The position numbers were made by a program, and so were the translations under genes. A stretch of DNA of 63,612 nt, filler included, from Licmophora abbreviata (taxonomy: Eukaryota): NCBI GenBank assembly GCA_900291995.1. It is 9 parts of 9 records of this genome, joined end to end, with 100 filler letters (N's around TTAATTAATTAA, not from the genome) between each part and the next. Parts side by side here need not be neighbours in the genome. Positions count along the whole stretch, not along the records: positions 48,049 to 61,777 come from OLMU01000263.1; 8 more parts are not named here. One strand, 5' to 3'. Under the pieces are notes generated by a model. It saw nothing but the letters and a program-made list of their open reading frames with translations. It searched no databases and was not told the origin of the DNA. Positions within the stretch are counted from its first letter, which is position 1. Each line of letters begins with the position of its first letter. Positions 49,252 through 59,801 of this stretch are shown here, piece by piece.

Positions 49252-50778
49252 ATGGACCGAATAAACGGTAGAGAGCAAGCCGACAAGACTTCAGCTGCGC
49301 TGCGAGAACCGCTACTGGAGCATCCGTCACTCGGCGCCTCCGTCGTAGAGTCCCCTCACGATGTCAGCGATAGTACGAGTACTCCTTCTAGTGCAAGGCC
49401 ACGCGAGGCACGCATGCTTCATGGCCTCCCATTAGGGACGGCATTGCTCCTCAAGTCGCTATACTTTCTGCAGGCCCTTGGATCTGCGGCGTGGGGTCGC
49501 TTCGGAACCATCTATTACAATTTACACGGTCTGAATAGTCAACAAGTCGGCTTGCTAGAAGGATGCATGCCCTTTGTACGAACCTTGTCGCAGCCCATGT
49601 GGAGCATGATTGCCGATCAGTTTCATTGCCGCAAGGCGGTCTACTTGTTTACGAATGGCGCTGGTACCATCGTTCTGCTCTCGCTCGCGCTGCCCTACGT
49701 CTATTCCTCTTACTCTCGCATCATGACGGTGTCTCTTATTACCATGTTGTTTGCCGGATCGGGTATTCTCGATGCCTACACGCTGGATATGCTTGGCACG
49801 CAAAACAAAATGCTCTATGGAAGGTATCGCATGTGGTCCTCCATCTCATGGGGAATCGGAGCGATCGTCATGGGATACGTCACAGATCACTACGGATTTG
49901 AACCGAACTTTATCATCTATGGCATTCTGGCGGCCGTCTGCATCATACTGGTCGCCTGGGGGATCCCGAATGTGACCGACGAATCTCGCCCCGACACGGG
50001 CAAGGTTGGCGATCTCCTTCGTTTGATGATGCGTCCTCGAGTTTCTATATTTCTTCTTGAGATAATCATCATGGGGGCAGGCATGGCAACTGTCGAACGC
50101 CTGCTGTTTTTGTACCTCGTCAACGATCTAGGATCGTCCACACTGCTCTGTGGACTAAGCGTGGGCGTCAATGTCTTATTTGAACTGCCGATCTTCTGGC
50201 ATGCGGAAGCTCTGATTGCACTGCTCGGTGGCCACGACGGCATGCTAGCGCTATCCTTGCTATGCTTTGTCACTCGGGTGTTTGGATACACACTGCTCAC
50301 GCCAACAACGGTATGGTATATCCTGCCGCTCGAAGCAATGCACGGAGTGACCTTTGCATGCTTCTGGGTAAGCATGACTGACGTTGCCAAAGTGCTCATT
50401 CATCAGGTGGAAGGGTGGAACACGACCATTCCCACGTTGGTGCAGACGCTCTTTAGTGCTCTGGGCACAGGACTCGGCTCCATTGTCGGTGGATGGGCCA
50501 TGCATCGATATGGGGCGCGGACCATGTACCGCGTGGTGGCAGCGATTCTCCTGGGCACGTTACTGCTGCATATACTTGGATCTGTACTGTGTCGTCTCGT
50601 GTCCAAGCGCGGGCTGCTTCCAGAAGACAACCAGGACCCACCGTCACCGACGGACCATGAAGAGGACGAAGAAGACCAACCTCAACAAAATGAGGAAGAA
50701 GAAGTGGTAGAGCAAAAAGGAGAAGTGGAGGCCCTCCTCGGCATTTGGGGAGTCGGACCCGTGGAAGGTAGTCCTTGA
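49252..50778 (+). CDS. Major facilitator superfamily transporter (MFSD6-like)
   Basis: About 12 TM; PMWSMIADQF, YGRYRMWSSISWG, FELPIF, LEAMHGVTFA, GLGSIVGG. Confidence 0.85.
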   Translation: MDRINGREQADKTSAALREPLLEHPSLGASVVESPHDVSDSTSTPSSARPREARMLHGLPLGTALLLKSLYFLQALGSAAWGRFGTIYYNLHGLNSQQVGLLEGCMPFVRTLSQPMWSMIADQFHCRKAVYLFTNGAGTIVLLSLALPYVYSSYSRIMTVSLITMLFAGSGILDAYTLDMLGTQNKMLYGRYRMWSSISWGIGAIVMGYVTDHYGFEPNFIIYGILAAVCIILVAWGIPNVTDESRPDTGKVGDLLRLMMRPRVSIFLLEIIIMGAGMATVERLLFLYLVNDLGSSTLLCGLSVGVNVLFELPIFWHAEALIALLGGHDGMLALSLLCFVTRVFGYTLLTPTTVWYILPLEAMHGVTFACFWVSMTDVAKVLIHQVEGWNTTIPTLVQTLFSALGTGLGSIVGGWAMHRYGARTMYRVVAAILLGTLLLHILGSVLCRLVSKRGLLPEDNQDPPSPTDHEEDEEDQPQQNEEEEVVEQKGEVEALLGIWGVGPVEGSP

Positions 50779-50842
50779 TCTCGCAGTACGGCGTCGCCGT
50801 AGACTAATGTAACATGTCTTTCTATATTCGTTTAGCCAGGTA

Positions 50843-52636
50843 CTATCGTTCTTTGAGAGCTTGGCGGACCGCCTTGGCCCCTTTCCTCGCAAATCGCTTC
50901 CCAGCGCGCCCAATACCGGTTCCAGCCTTACTCAGCATACGCAGAAACGTGTCCAGAATATCCTCGTCGTCCTCCTCACCAAGCGACTCAACAAAGGTAT
51001 CAATGGCCGTGTCAATCCTAGAGAAAGTGTGTTTGACAGACTGCCCCACGTCCGTTGCGAAGTGTACCAATTTGCGCCCTGGAGTGTTGCATCCGGCGGG
51101 CCCCGTGGCATAGAGACAAACTTCCCGAATGCGAGGCGAGCCATCATCGTCGTCATGGATTCTGGCGAGTCTACGGTGCGTCCACTCCCGGACTCGAAGC
51201 CATGCACGAGCAGCCTTGGTTTGCGGAACTTGTCTCGTTGCCGGTCGAAGAATACGAGACCACCATGTGGCCTTGTGTAGCTCGGTATTGGCGTCGTCAG
51301 CGTCATGATGAGGTGGAACAGTCCATTGACTGTATACGGCCAAGCTACCATCGTCGTCTAGTCGTGCAAAGTACACTGGCGACGGACCGCCATTTTGCCG
51401 TATCCTTTCTTCTTCATCATCAGCGACACTTCCCGACACATCATCGCCGTACCATAGGACAGTTCCAGGACGATCGGGATGGCCCAAAGCGAGCACCAAG
51501 TGTGGCCCTTGCAATGTGAGAAAGCATCCGCCGACGCGAGAGAGGTGAGACGGAGGAACGTACGTGCCAGAAGACCAAAGTACTGAGTCTTCAGCCTCAG
51601 GTCCGAGTCGAGAGGAGTCCGACATGATTAGCAGTTCGCACTCGGGGGAAACTCCGGCGTAGTATCGTCCGTTTGCAGAAGTAAGAAGACTTGTTGAGTC
51701 TGGAGTCAAAACATCGCCCTGCCAAAGCCTATTGGGAGTTTTAGACTTTGGCCCTCTAGCACTTTGCGCTTCATCAGACGCCAAGTAGCCTTCTTCCGTC
51801 ACCACAGGTGGGCCGATAGGACCGTAGACCCATCCCCCTTGATAGCTATCGTACTGCTCAACAAACTCTTGCGATATCACTCTATAATACAGTCGCCCTT
51901 GTTCGTCCGGCGCAAACTCCTCTGTCGTTGACACTCGCAAAATGTCAGTACCACGATAAGGGTCATAGCGTATTTCTCGACTTTCCGACGCTCGAACTGG
52001 GTGCTGGTGGTGGGGCGACTGGCGCGATCTCCTACCAGCATCGTCTCGATAGACGTCGTCCCAAGATGAAGCCGATGAAGAACCAAAGAAGAATTCTTCA
52101 AAGACGCGTCGAGGATCCGTCGAAAGATTGTCAAACAGGGACCATCGACTGTCCGAAGACGAGCCCGTCGATGCACCCTGCTGCCTTGCCAGTATCGCGT
52201 CCTCGCAGTCCAGAAGGAATGCGTCGTACTCTTGCCGTTGCGAATCGCCACTCAGTACCTTGTAGGCTTCGGCGATCCGCGCAAAGCGAGCATTGCTTTC
52301 CTCCACTGTGATGGTACTATTCGTCTTAGATTTGACTTTATCCGGATGATAGAGTTGAGCTTGTGTACGATAGGCCTTGCGCACGTCTGCAGACTGGAGT
52401 TTGGAACGTTCCTTCTGACGCTGGCGCCGCGATGCAATCGATTCTGGCCTCTTTGTCAAATCCAGTATCTCATAGTAGTTCAGAGATTCCCAGTCATATT
52501 GATTTGACGATGATGGCGGCGCGCACGTGTCCAGCGACTGAGTCGACGCCGTCCAGAAACCAAGCAATAGCAACACCAACACTGATGGAAATGACCAGAA
52601 TCGGGGTCGTATCCGATATTCCGTCTGAACAGCCAT
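50843..52636 (-). CDS. DnaJ-domain protein fused to a bulb-type (B) lectin-like domain, with N-terminal signal/anchor (start could be 52762)
   Basis: NYYEILDL..VRKAYRTQAQLYHPDK..FARIAEAYKVLS; LWQGDVL..LTSANGRYYA..VLWSSGT..ARLDDDGSLAVY. Confidence 0.8.
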   Translation of the reverse strand: MAVQTEYRIRPRFWSFPSVLVLLLLGFWTASTQSLDTCAPPSSSNQYDWESLNYYEILDLTKRPESIASRRQRQKERSKLQSADVRKAYRTQAQLYHPDKVKSKTNSTITVEESNARFARIAEAYKVLSGDSQRQEYDAFLLDCEDAILARQQGASTGSSSDSRWSLFDNLSTDPRRVFEEFFFGSSSASSWDDVYRDDAGRRSRQSPHHQHPVRASESREIRYDPYRGTDILRVSTTEEFAPDEQGRLYYRVISQEFVEQYDSYQGGWVYGPIGPPVVTEEGYLASDEAQSARGPKSKTPNRLWQGDVLTPDSTSLLTSANGRYYAGVSPECELLIMSDSSRLGPEAEDSVLWSSGTYVPPSHLSRVGGCFLTLQGPHLVLALGHPDRPGTVLWYGDDVSGSVADDEEERIRQNGGPSPVYFARLDDDGSLAVYSQWTVPPHHDADDANTELHKATWWSRILRPATRQVPQTKAARAWLRVREWTHRRLARIHDDDDGSPRIREVCLYATGPAGCNTPGRKLVHFATDVGQSVKHTFSRIDTAIDTFVESLGEEDDEDILDTFLRMLSKAGTGIGRAGKRFARKGAKAVRQALKER

Positions 52637-53089
52637 TCTGCGTAGCTCAAATTTCCCTATAGCTTCCCCAGCAGCACTGTACAATCTTGATCTGCTATTT
52701 CGCTCGCCTGCAGGTGGTTTTCGGCAGCTTTGTCCGTCATCCTGCACAACCGGCATCGTCATGGTCAAGCCGCTGTGAGGCGGGATTTCTTTGTTGTGGT
52801 CTTCTCGCGCGGTGTCTTTGTAGCACATCCGGGTTAGCGGGACTGAAACAGCTCCGCAGGAATCGAGACAGGTCAGAGCAAGAAACAAGCGCAGTTCGAT
52901 TCATTACGTTTCGATGGCAGCCTAGGAGCCTCGGTGGGGCTCTCAGCAAATCCAATACTGCAACGTACCTTCTAGATTTAGAAGCTTTTATAGGGAAAAT
53001 CTAATCGTCGGGGATAGTAGTCAGCGCAACATGAAACTCGCTGTGTTCTTTACAAGTCCTTTGTTTACAGCGTGTACATTACCTATCAA

Positions 53090-55192
53090 CTAGATAAGCA
53101 TGGACCCCTCTTCATTCCAACCTCCTTTCCGACGGTAGGCGGAGCTCATCGCAGTGTCCTCGTCCGAATACTTAAATGGCTTCTCCGCATCACTGCGGTG
53201 TTTAGGAAACGCAGTTCCGAAAGACTTTTCTCGGGGGCGCGACACTCGGTACGTCACCGCGAGCCCAGTCCCAATCAAGACGTATCCCACGGCGAGAAAG
53301 CAACGGCACATGGAAGTTGTACAACCGCCACCCGTTACATCGATTTCGACTTCTTCGTCCTCGTTTCCACTCTCATTGTTGTCAGGGCCGCCCTCTGAGA
53401 CAAACAAGTCATCATCCACTCCAATCGATGTCCCAGAGCCCCCCGAAGTGCCACCGCCGTCATTCCCGCCAGGTGTGTTCGAGCCACCACCATTTTCCCC
53501 GCTCCCGGATCCACCACCACTTGCGCCACCACCTCCTGACGCTCCGCCACCGCTTTGCTCGCCAGGAGAGCCTGTACTACCTCCCCCGGCACCACCACTG
53601 CCTTGCTGTGTGCCTCCTCCCCCCACCGCCCCCTCCAGTTGCTGGGGGCGTCGCCAGCTTGACACAATCGTGACTCAGCAAAGCCAATACGATTGTTGTC
53701 AATTTCGTATGCTGTCGTATGGCCTTGCATCACATTGGCTCCTAGCAAGGATCCATTTTCTCCGTCAAACTGGATTCTGGCTCGATACCTCCCATTGACA
53801 ACTCGTTCAAGATAGTGTGTCGCCGGCACGGCAAGGAGAACGTTGTAGTCGTTCGTCAGGTTCGGGACTGTATCTGGATCTAGTTCCCGTGGTCCATCCG
53901 CACCCTAATAAGTGCGAAAAAGTGAATCGATGATTGCGAGTTGGGAGATGAGAAACACATTATGGCGATCACTATCGAGATGTATTAGATTCATGATGAC
54001 TCACCTCAATCTCAATGAGAAGCGTGGGCAGAGCCAGAATCTCTTGTTCTGTGAATTCCAATCGAGCATAGCTAAAGTCAGCGCCCGTTGCCTGTCTCCA
54101 AACTTCTCTGAACGGGGCTTCCAGTCGCTGGTCGAGCGTAAGATAGGGCACACCCGAGTCGACATCGGTTGAACCGTCAACACCTTCTGGCAACTCGAGC
54201 GTAATGGACTGCTGTCCTGGCTCGGACAAGACTGACGTTCCCCCTCCGATCCGAACAAACATTCGTATGATTTTAACTCGATATCTGTTGACGCCTGTAT
54301 TCTTGGCGTAGACGACTGGTGTCGTCAAAAAGACGGGGTCGTAGCCTCCAAGTGTAACGACACCTTTGGATGTAGATGTCGACGTCGATTGTACATTGAA
54401 GCAAAGTGATACTCTCGGACGCGGAAGTTTTCCAGCTGCATGCATCTGGTTGATGAACGAGTTGGGGGACGGTGATATACCGATAATGCCATCCTGCACT
54501 TGAGAAACGTAATATCCTCGAGCTCGAGTCTGGCAGACAAATCGTAGAGGGAAGCCGTGCACAAGGGCCGCGTCGCTCCCCAAAGGACTAGCACCGTTCA
54601 GATTCGCTCCTCCAATGTACACAGCATCTGTCACTTCATATCCTCTCCACGATGAGAGATCCCGGAAGTCATATGAAACCATGCAACGATCGTCCTCACA
54701 AGTCACCGCCGCGCCCGCAGTACAGTTGCTACACTGAACTGTCGAGAATGCCGTCGAACGAGTTTGATTGTACATATCAACACCGCGATCTCCACAGTCT
54801 GCGCAGTCCTATTAATTGTGTTGCGGAGATACAAGGCGAATTAGTTGGATGTCCATGATGGGGCACGTCATTCGATTCGAATCCCAACGTGCATGCGTAT
54901 TTCTCACCTCACAGGCGAACGCAGTATAGTCGCTCGCTGTTTGAACGGCAAGAGTTCTCTTCTGCGCCGGGTTTCCGATATAAAGATCAACAAAGTGGAC
55001 GCCATAACCTTCGTATCGATTTACGTAGCCCTCTCCGTCAGCTTGCAGCCGTCGTCGTCGAATTTCATCGATGATGACATCTTCGGCTTCTGCTGGATGT
55101 CGGTAGTAGATGGGGAACGACGGAAGTTTCTCCCCTTCTCGCGCCTGCGCCACACATGTGCACCCAAGTAGCAACCACGCGAGACTTCTCAT
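53090..55192 (-). CDS. A1 aspartic protease-like type I membrane protein, first catalytic Asp replaced (exons 55192-54908, 54808-54005, 53904-53090; frameshift about 53619-53648)
   Basis: Signal peptide; YGVHFVDLYIGNPAQKRTLAVQTAS; QDGIIG; VDSG; LLGANVMQGH..DNNRIGFAES; Gly-rich linker and TM helix. Confidence 0.8.
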
Positions 55193-55477
55193 GGCTCTGA
55201 AGGACAGTTCCAGCGGCTGAAAACGACCGACAACACCGTCGATCATCATCGTCATGTGCACCGCAAGCCACCACATTCACGACTTGGAGGGTCATTCTGA
55301 CAAAAGTTGGGTCATCGTTCAAAATATCATTGCCACGTCATCATTACATATGGAAAAAGGTCGGCGACGAAAAGCGTCGTTTGAAAATCATCCGACGGCG
55401 CTCATGATGCGAGAAAGAGAGAATGATCCGGTGCGACGAGCATTTCCACACCGTCACTGACAGCACAAGCTCCCACC

Positions 55478-56569
55478 ATGTTCGCTTCACGATCTGAAGA
55501 CTCGCAACCGTCGAGCAGATCCTCTGCGGTTGTTGCTCCCGACGTCACGCCGCTACACGCTGTCGATTCGATCGATCGTCCCGCCCCGACGCTCTCCAGC
55601 GATGATCTCGACGCGATGGCTCGCGTTCTTCTCATGATTGTCGATAATAAGCCCGATGAAACTATATTGCAGCCATCCTCATCGTTCTGGGAGAATCGCA
55701 AGTACCATGCACTACCTCGCTGCTTTCTCGCATCGTCTGAATCGCCGAACGAACGCGCCAAGTCGCCAGCGACGTCGCAAGAACACCAAGACAGCAAGCC
55801 TTCAGATGAGTCGACTGCAACTGTAGGATCACCCAAAAAAGAAAGCAACACCAAGTCTACTCTCACTATGAGTCTTCGTCGCGCCTTCGGGTCCCTGATG
55901 TTTCGAGGTGGGAATCGTGTGTCGAAGAAGGATCTCGGCAGCCGCCGTGTCTCGCCGAATGCTCATCGCACGCCTCTTCGAGACACCACCAACGCCCCCA
56001 TGGTCCCCGATGGATTGCTCGACCACCTTTCTAACGAAGTTGGAGAAAGCGTTCTCAAGAACTCGCCATCGCGTGTCGTTGCTCGCAAGACCGAATCAGA
56101 AATGCGTACGCTATCGACAACCTCCACTGAGAATACTGTCGAATCCACGAATCTGCTTCCCAACCAGGCTGGTCGCTTGCCTCCACCTCCGTGGAAGAGA
56201 ACGAGTCTTGCAATATCTCCACTTCTCTATCCTTGCCCGTCACCAAAGGGTGAAGGTCCCAGTCCCTCAAGTATTTGCGATACTCCCTTCCAACAATCAC
56301 TTGTCCCTGGATTGCCGTTTCCGAACCGGACTCCTGTAGACATTGCTCCTATCGACCATGTTGTCGCCTCTGCCATCACTCCATTGCGCAACCCCAATAA
56401 TGGGCCGCGCACTCCCTTCGCTTTTACAATGGGCTTCGTCGTCAACGACTTCGGTGAGAAGCGATGGCATGACATGAAGGCCGCGAGCAAGCAACGATTC
56501 TCGGATAGCTGTTCCCTGCCATCAATGGATCGAGAAGTAGCCGAGGAGTCGTGTTTCGACATGCTTTGA
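55478..56569 (+). CDS. Hypothetical Ser/Pro-rich disordered protein
   Basis: 363-aa ATG-initiated ORF filling the intergenic space; no recognised domain. Confidence 0.55.
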   Translation: MFASRSEDSQPSSRSSAVVAPDVTPLHAVDSIDRPAPTLSSDDLDAMARVLLMIVDNKPDETILQPSSSFWENRKYHALPRCFLASSESPNERAKSPATSQEHQDSKPSDESTATVGSPKKESNTKSTLTMSLRRAFGSLMFRGGNRVSKKDLGSRRVSPNAHRTPLRDTTNAPMVPDGLLDHLSNEVGESVLKNSPSRVVARKTESEMRTLSTTSTENTVESTNLLPNQAGRLPPPPWKRTSLAISPLLYPCPSPKGEGPSPSSICDTPFQQSLVPGLPFPNRTPVDIAPIDHVVASAITPLRNPNNGPRTPFAFTMGFVVNDFGEKRWHDMKAASKQRFSDSCSLPSMDREVAEESCFDML

Positions 56570-56607
56570 GCAAGCGACTCTCGTGCTTCGCATGATAGCG
56601 TATTCAC

Positions 56608-59469
56608 TCAGCTTATAAACTCTAGCACTTGTTGTGATACAGCTTTCTCGTCACTTCGCACGGCAATCTTAAGAACGACGCTTGTCGCCGCCACTCCGTC
56701 CCTAGGCTGCGATGCTACCTGCGCACGTACGAGCACATTATGCCCTCCAACAAGGACACCGCTCAGATGAAGCATGTGCGGCTTGTCTTGTTTCGCGACA
56801 TTTCCGGTCCCATCGCATGGCTGCATACCAAGAAGCCGTATCAACGCGACCACTGCGTCGTCGCGAGACTTGAAGGGAAGTTCAAACTTTTCCATCACTT
56901 CCATATCAGTATTCACGTTTGCCCATGACCTGCGAAAGTCAGGCACTGACACCTTGGCCATGTAGTCAGAGGGAACAACGTCCAATGCGTCTAATGAAAA
57001 CTCCTCTTCCATCGAATCACCAAGCTCTTCGCCGTCGTCAAGAGGGACCATCGTAAAGTGCAATTCGCAATGGTACGACGAAGGAGACAGTGGAGCTTCA
57101 GAATTTCGCTTCAGTACAGTGAAGCAGCTTTGACTCGAGCTGTATCTAATTGGATTCGCTGGAACCTCGCCGACAACTTCGTAGTTGCTATCACCTTCCG
57201 AGCCCTCGACAGCAACCGTCGCGTTATCCAGTCTCTGGTCTTCGATCGTATTTTCGACCGTAAACTGCAGAACGACGTGGTCAACAAAAATGTGTTTAAT
57301 GCAGTGCACAATGTACTCGCTCTCACTTTCGGTGAGTTGCACTGGAGGGCAGGACCGAAAGACGTGCCCGAGAGACGCCAGCTCAGGAATCGCGTAAATT
57401 GGTGCGGCAGGATCCGTCTGCTCGGTTTCTACATTCACCTCGTTTTCCTCCTCCTCGTGAAGAATCATAGTGCTAGCGCTCTTCGCCGCAGCGTCAGTTT
57501 CCTCGGGGGTATCCTCGATAACGGGCAATAATGCAAACGTGACTGGCTCAGGACTTTCCATATCAACTGGAGTCGACTGGTAAGCTCGAATACTGCGTTC
57601 TAGTCTACCAAACGACATCGGAAGAGGCGAAGCAATGTACGCCGCCGGATCGTCCGCACTAGGTTCATCTTCCGGTAAGTTGTCCACCTCGGCACCCGAT
57701 GACAGAGGCGAGTACGGACAGACCACCATGGCCTGTTCAAGCATCCGAACGACAAGAATAGCTCGATCACGCGTTTCATCATTCTCGTCAACAAGACTTT
57801 GTTTCAGCAGCGGCAAAATTGAGCCCCGCAGAGACGGAGACTTTGCAGCAAACTTGAAGAGGGCTACTACTCCCGCAGACCGAATCTCGTGCTGCTCCAG
57901 TATTATTCGATTGTAGATGAAAGGAATAAACTCAGCTTTGGCGGAAAGCGATGGTCCTAATTCACCTAACACATGAATAATGTGCGTTGAGAGCTGTAGA
58001 TATTCACAGTCTTCAATATAGTCGCACAGTTGCAACAACGCCGGCTCAGAGATCTCAGGGATTGCTCGAATCAGGGCCACAATGCCGTACACAATTGCTC
58101 GTTTCAACTCGAATCCACCCCGGTCTCTCAGAAACCTTGACATGAATTGAATCAGTAAGAGATGCTTTGAGGGGTACTTCAGACAAAGACGTTGTAGGCT
58201 ACGAACAACGCTGATGCGGTTGTCATCGTCCATCGTATTCATAAATGATGCAATCGGTTCAAGCAACGGCCCAATCGTTTCTTCGCTTCCAGTCTTCAAC
58301 AGTGTCGTCACGGCAGTTGTCGACACCAGGCGATTTTTGTCGTAAATAAGACGTTCAAGTTCCTCGTTGCACTTGGAGACGAGTCGTGGATGCTTCTCTG
58401 CTACCTTGGACAACGTTCTCATGGACACATACTTGACCGTCGACTTTTCCGATCCCAGGAAGCCCTGTAAGACATTTATGGCTGGGCTCAGATCTTCTGG
58501 TTCCAGGGACAGCAACGAACAAATGTCCCGAGCTGCCTCGTACATGACCATTTCGGAGGGATGTCGTAAACACTTTTTGAGAAATTGATATCCCTGTTGA
58601 AACAAGTCCGATCCATTCTGAACGGAGCCACTCGACCTCCCGCTCACCACGTCGTCTCGCATCAACTTGACGGTATACCGAATGAGCAGCACCAGTGCCA
58701 TGGGCGATCTCGCCCCTGGATTCTGAGTATACTGCTGTACCAACTTGCTGACGCCAAGTCTATCGTTGGACTTGATTTGATATAGCAGTTGGATGCCGTG
58801 AAACTGAATCATGGGATTGCGACTTCGGACGGCCTCTTGTATTTCATTGATCCATCGTCGTACAATGACTGCGTTTTCCGGGGAACTTTGGTGCAAGTGA
58901 ATCGCTGACACCATGGCTCCACTCGATACGGCGTGCGATTGATCAACAATCGCCTGCTTGACGTATCGTTCGATCGCGCCCAGCATGGCAGAATCAATAA
59001 TACGGGACAAAACACGAAGAGAATTGGCCCGATACAAGTCAATATCACATGTCATATCCTTGGTGAGAGAAGAGGTCACAATAATAACATTGTTCGGGTC
59101 ACAAAGGGGGTGAAATTCCTTGATGAATAGATAGACCATGCGTCTCAAGGATGCTTCGTTGGATACGAACAATTTCGTGGCGCCAAAGAACATTTCGGTT
59201 GCTTCCATTTCCGTGAAGGGCTGTTGGTTAACATCCTTTATGCGAATCAATTGTGCCAGAATTCGACAACAGGTTTCAGTTTGTTCCTTGACGAGCTTCG
59301 AGTCGTGAAAAATACGCGATTCTTGGATTACGACCGACTTGTCGACGTTGACAAATGGATGTAGAACTTTCGAGTCTTTCTCCTGCTCGTCCGGGCCCGT
59401 AAAGGTCTCAAAGAAATCCTGAATGTCCTGCAGAGCCGATGGATCTTTCGCACTTCGTTTGAGTGCCAT
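56608..59469 (-). CDS. COPG: Coatomer subunit gamma, divergent paralog (intronless, complete)
   Basis: IQESRIFHD, FFGATKLF..LRRMVYLFIKE, AIERYVKQAIVD, QLTESESEYIVHCIKHIF, LGMQPCDGT. Confidence 0.92.
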   Translation of the reverse strand: MALKRSAKDPSALQDIQDFFETFTGPDEQEKDSKVLHPFVNVDKSVVIQESRIFHDSKLVKEQTETCCRILAQLIRIKDVNQQPFTEMEATEMFFGATKLFVSNEASLRRMVYLFIKEFHPLCDPNNVIIVTSSLTKDMTCDIDLYRANSLRVLSRIIDSAMLGAIERYVKQAIVDQSHAVSSGAMVSAIHLHQSSPENAVIVRRWINEIQEAVRSRNPMIQFHGIQLLYQIKSNDRLGVSKLVQQYTQNPGARSPMALVLLIRYTVKLMRDDVVSGRSSGSVQNGSDLFQQGYQFLKKCLRHPSEMVMYEAARDICSLLSLEPEDLSPAINVLQGFLGSEKSTVKYVSMRTLSKVAEKHPRLVSKCNEELERLIYDKNRLVSTTAVTTLLKTGSEETIGPLLEPIASFMNTMDDDNRISVVRSLQRLCLKYPSKHLLLIQFMSRFLRDRGGFELKRAIVYGIVALIRAIPEISEPALLQLCDYIEDCEYLQLSTHIIHVLGELGPSLSAKAEFIPFIYNRIILEQHEIRSAGVVALFKFAAKSPSLRGSILPLLKQSLVDENDETRDRAILVVRMLEQAMVVCPYSPLSSGAEVDNLPEDEPSADDPAAYIASPLPMSFGRLERSIRAYQSTPVDMESPEPVTFALLPVIEDTPEETDAAAKSASTMILHEEEENEVNVETEQTDPAAPIYAIPELASLGHVFRSCPPVQLTESESEYIVHCIKHIFVDHVVLQFTVENTIEDQRLDNATVAVEGSEGDSNYEVVGEVPANPIRYSSSQSCFTVLKRNSEAPLSPSSYHCELHFTMVPLDDGEELGDSMEEEFSLDALDVVPSDYMAKVSVPDFRRSWANVNTDMEVMEKFELPFKSRDDAVVALIRLLGMQPCDGTGNVAKQDKPHMLHLSGVLVGGHNVLVRAQVASQPRDGVAATSVVLKIAVRSDEKAVSQQVLEFIS

Positions 59470-59801
59470 TATGGAAGATAAGAAATGAAAAGGAACTAGA
59501 TAATAACAGACAACAGTCGTCGTCAAGGTTCGAGATGTTGATTGCTGTGCGATCGCCTCGTGACTTGAAAATTTTGTGAGATGCCTTTTCTCTTTTTCGG
59601 AGAGATCTCGAAGGAGCTCGAAATAGCTCGCGAGTTGATTGGAATCTGGAATTTCAGAGATATCGTTCTCCATGCAATGCTTTGTCCGTAGAAATCTGCG
59701 GAGATCCTTCGTATTCCATGACTTGTACTGGATCCTACGTAGAGGCTACGTGGGGTCATTGTCCAAAGGCACAAATCTCTTGCTGCCACACAGCTCTGAC
59801 C

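Noticed and set aside
53154..53798. Pro-rich 214-aa ORF on the + strand
   Set aside because: It is the antisense of the Gly-rich stalk of the aspartic-protease-like gene
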